The notes below the pieces were generated by a model that saw nothing but the letters and a program-made list of their open reading frames with translations, ran no database searches and was not told the DNA's origin. Position numbers and translations under genes: made by a program. From the IMG/VR virus record IMGVR_UViG_3300032274_000038, positions 1-26,371 of that record: a stretch of 26,371 nucleotides of DNA; one strand, given 5' to 3'. This document shows, piece by piece, positions 24,754 through 26,371 of this stretch; within the stretch, counting starts at the first letter, position 1; the number at the start of each line of letters is the position of its first letter. This DNA is from a virus. Taxonomy: Duplodnaviria > Caudoviricetes.

Positions 24754-24990
24754 TTATGGAAGCGTCCGCGTATCAAGCGCGGCCCACGAACCGGCGATCC
24801 GTTGATATAGCGAATCATTCGCCGCCGTGCCGTCGGTTCGAATGTACAAAGAACCATCGGCTACTGAAGCCGTAGGCGCTCCGGCACCGCTTAAAATTTG
24901 GGGCGTGGCTGCGTCTAGTTCGCGCGCGTTTGCTTTTACGCCAATGCCGACGAATGACGCGGCCTTTCTGAATCGTTGAGCGAATAACAT
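24754..24990 (-). CDS. Putative head decoration/fibre protein (78 aa)
   Basis: G.GAPT....GSLYIRTDG.....LY.....W, a motif common in phage fibre/decoration proteins. It has an RBS AGGAG and lies within the capsid transcription unit. Confidence 0.65.
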   Translation of the reverse strand: MLFAQRFRKAASFVGIGVKANARELDAATPQILSGAGAPTASVADGSLYIRTDGTAANDSLYQRIAGSWAALDTRTLP

Positions 24991-25022
24991 AGGGGATCTC
25001 CTATAGCGGCTCTATGCCGCCG

Positions 25023-25175
25023 TTATTGTTGTTTGCGTTTGTAGTTTACCGCAATCGTTCGCGCTTGTCTTTGCGCGTCCGTGTAGGTAATCGATCGACC
25101 TTGCTTTTTTTGCTCGGTCTGGATGCGTTGGGCTACGTTTTCGATGGCGCGGCGTGTGTTTTTTTCGTCGCTCAT
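25023..25175 (-). CDS. Small basic hypothetical protein (50 aa), not in the ORF track
   Basis: MSDEKNTRRAIENVAQRIQTEQKKQGRSITYTDAQRQARTIAVNYKRKQQ, with an ATGA overlap with the upstream gene. Confidence 0.65.
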   Translation of the reverse strand: MSDEKNTRRAIENVAQRIQTEQKKQGRSITYTDAQRQARTIAVNYKRKQQ

Positions 25176-25831
25176 GCGTCCACCGCCTTTTTTCGGGCGC
25201 GTTTACGCTTCGGCGCGGTGGTTTTCTTCGTAGCCTTGGCAGTCTTCACCGCCTCTTTTTTCTCTTCGATCTTTTCGATGTCTTTGGCCACCTTTGGGAT
25301 ATGCGAGTTTTTGATTTTACGCGCCGATCGTTTCTCTAATAGTTCGATCTTCCAGTCAAGCGCGGCCGGGTCGGGTTGCGGGATAACGCCGCTCGTTAAC
25401 AAGGAGCGCCGGTATTCGTTAAAGCCGTCTTTGTCTGTTTCCCAAATGACGCGGGCGCGGCCACCGTGGCCCATGAGGCGCGGAGTGCTCCACTTGTCAA
25501 CGTAGATCGAGCCGTTGCGGCCGTCAAATTCGCGAAGATAACCACCGTCTTCGGCGGTTTCGTTAGCGACAAAAACCCACCCTTGATCCATAAAAGCCGC
25601 ACGCGCCGCCGTGCTGTCGATGCCTCCGCCGGGTAGGTGTTTCACGCCGTTTAAGCCCGGTATGAATTGGAATTTTGTAAGCATAGGCAGTAACTCATAA
25701 CCGTCGGCCGTTTCTATGATGTCCCAGTGTTCGGGGTGCCACATAAATAAAAATTTTGGCTGCCTGTTTGCGTTTATTCTTTGGTTTTCGGTCGGGTTTC
25801 CTACTGTGCGCCCGGTAAATGTCTTGGCCAC
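25172..25831 (-). CDS. Hypothetical protein with Lys-rich C-terminus (219 aa)
   Basis: The start is reassigned to GTG 25831, preceded by AAGGAG. The track's upstream extension runs through a structured intergenic region. Confidence 0.75.
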   Translation of the reverse strand: MAKTFTGRTVGNPTENQRINANRQPKFLFMWHPEHWDIIETADGYELLPMLTKFQFIPGLNGVKHLPGGGIDSTAARAAFMDQGWVFVANETAEDGGYLREFDGRNGSIYVDKWSTPRLMGHGGRARVIWETDKDGFNEYRRSLLTSGVIPQPDPAALDWKIELLEKRSARKIKNSHIPKVAKDIEKIEEKKEAVKTAKATKKTTAPKRKRARKKAVDA

Positions 25832-25866
25832 GATCGGCTCCTTGTTTGGGGTTTTGTAAAAGGGGA

Positions 25867-25925
25867 TTGACACCCCCCAAAAACCCCCCAAAAACCCCAG
25901 ATGTAGGGTCCTTGGAGGGTGTCAA
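25867..25925 (-). repeat. Long imperfect inverted repeat containing G6T5 tandem units
   Basis: On the minus strand, TTGACACCCTCCAAGGACCC ... GGGTTTTTGGGGGGTGTCAA pairs over 20 bp with three G-U pairs. The 3' side reads GGGG-TTTTT-GGGGGG-TTTTT-GGGGGG. Confidence 0.7.
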
Positions 25926-25936
25926 AATTGGGGGGA

Positions 25937-26371
25937 TCAGGTGCCGTCGGTTCGTAGCTGGACACCGCGCGCCGATTCGATCACACTTAAACCTAAATAG
26001 GCATGCCCAACGATAGACGTTGTCGCCGCCGCTGCTGTGCGTTCGAATTCTACAACGATTTCGCCGCCCGGTGATGTAACGACACCGCCAAGGGGGTTAG
26101 CCATTGTCCCACTCTTGAAGCCCATACAGCCGAGGCCCCACATACCACCATGTGCGTCTCCGCCGCCGTCTACTACGACCTTATCGGATCGGTAGATGTC
26201 CACGCCAAGAAAGTTACCTTGGTAGCCTTGCGGGCGGATTTTCAACATCTCGGCTGTGGCCGGCATGAATTGAGCCGCGCCGGCTTCGCCTCGGAGGCTT
26301 TCTTGTAGGTTTCCGATCTGTACCGGGTTTAACAAACAATAGTAAGGCCCGGGCACGCTTGCCGCTTCAAG
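25937..26371 (-). CDS. Major capsid protein, 3' part (HK97 fold), truncated by the window edge
   Basis: The frame is open to the window end. YYCLLNP.Q...L, G.FLGVDIYRS..V and VEFER......IVG..Y.G..V.....GV.L follow the C-terminal pattern of HK97-fold coat proteins. Confidence 0.85.
   Translation of the reverse strand, partial: LEAASVPGPYYCLLNPVQIGNLQESLRGEAGAAQFMPATAEMLKIRPQGYQGNFLGVDIYRSDKVVVDGGGDAHGGMWGLGCMGFKSGTMANPLGGVVTSPGGEIVVEFERTAAAATTSIVGHAYLGLSVIESARGVQLRTDGT

Noticed and set aside
25014-25505. 163-aa hydrophobic + strand ORF
   Set aside because: The Phe/Leu richness is simply the reverse complement of Lys/Glu codons in the real minus-strand genes.
25867-25925. Two perfect TTGACA -35 hexamers as promoters
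   Set aside because: Neither has a credible -10 element at 16-18 nt spacing; they are better explained as the ends of the hairpin.

Overview
This window is a fragment of a tailed dsDNA bacteriophage (siphovirus-like Caudoviricetes) with three blocks. (1) A small leftward operon (890->150) has its own sigma70-like promoter and intrinsic terminator and encodes a Fis-like HTH protein, a small basic protein and an unknown. (2) A rightward DNA replication/recombination operon (~1049-10448) encodes a primase-SF3 helicase, Cas4/RecB-like nuclease, SNF2-like helicase, putative SSB, family A DNA polymerase, amino-methyltransferase and RuvC-like resolvase. (3) A leftward virion operon (26371->10404) encodes the 3' part of the major capsid gene, decoration and neck proteins, an L,D-transpeptidase-like lysin candidate, the major tail protein, a LamG-containing cassette, G/GT tail chaperones joined by a -1 frameshift, tape measure, tail-tip proteins and a holin-like protein. 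I saw no integrase, tRNA, CRISPR array or reverse transcriptase. The most notable points are: a structured, terminator-containing leader upstream of the primase, with a hairpin/RBS motif shared with polA; a probable nested in-frame gene inside the nuclease; an atypical PolA motif B; strong GATC/CGATCG enrichment with apparent CCWGG absence; a compositionally foreign adhesin cassette between the tail tube and chaperone genes; and a G-U-rich hairpin with G6T5 repeats after the capsid gene. All assignments come from motif recognition by eye; no searches were run.
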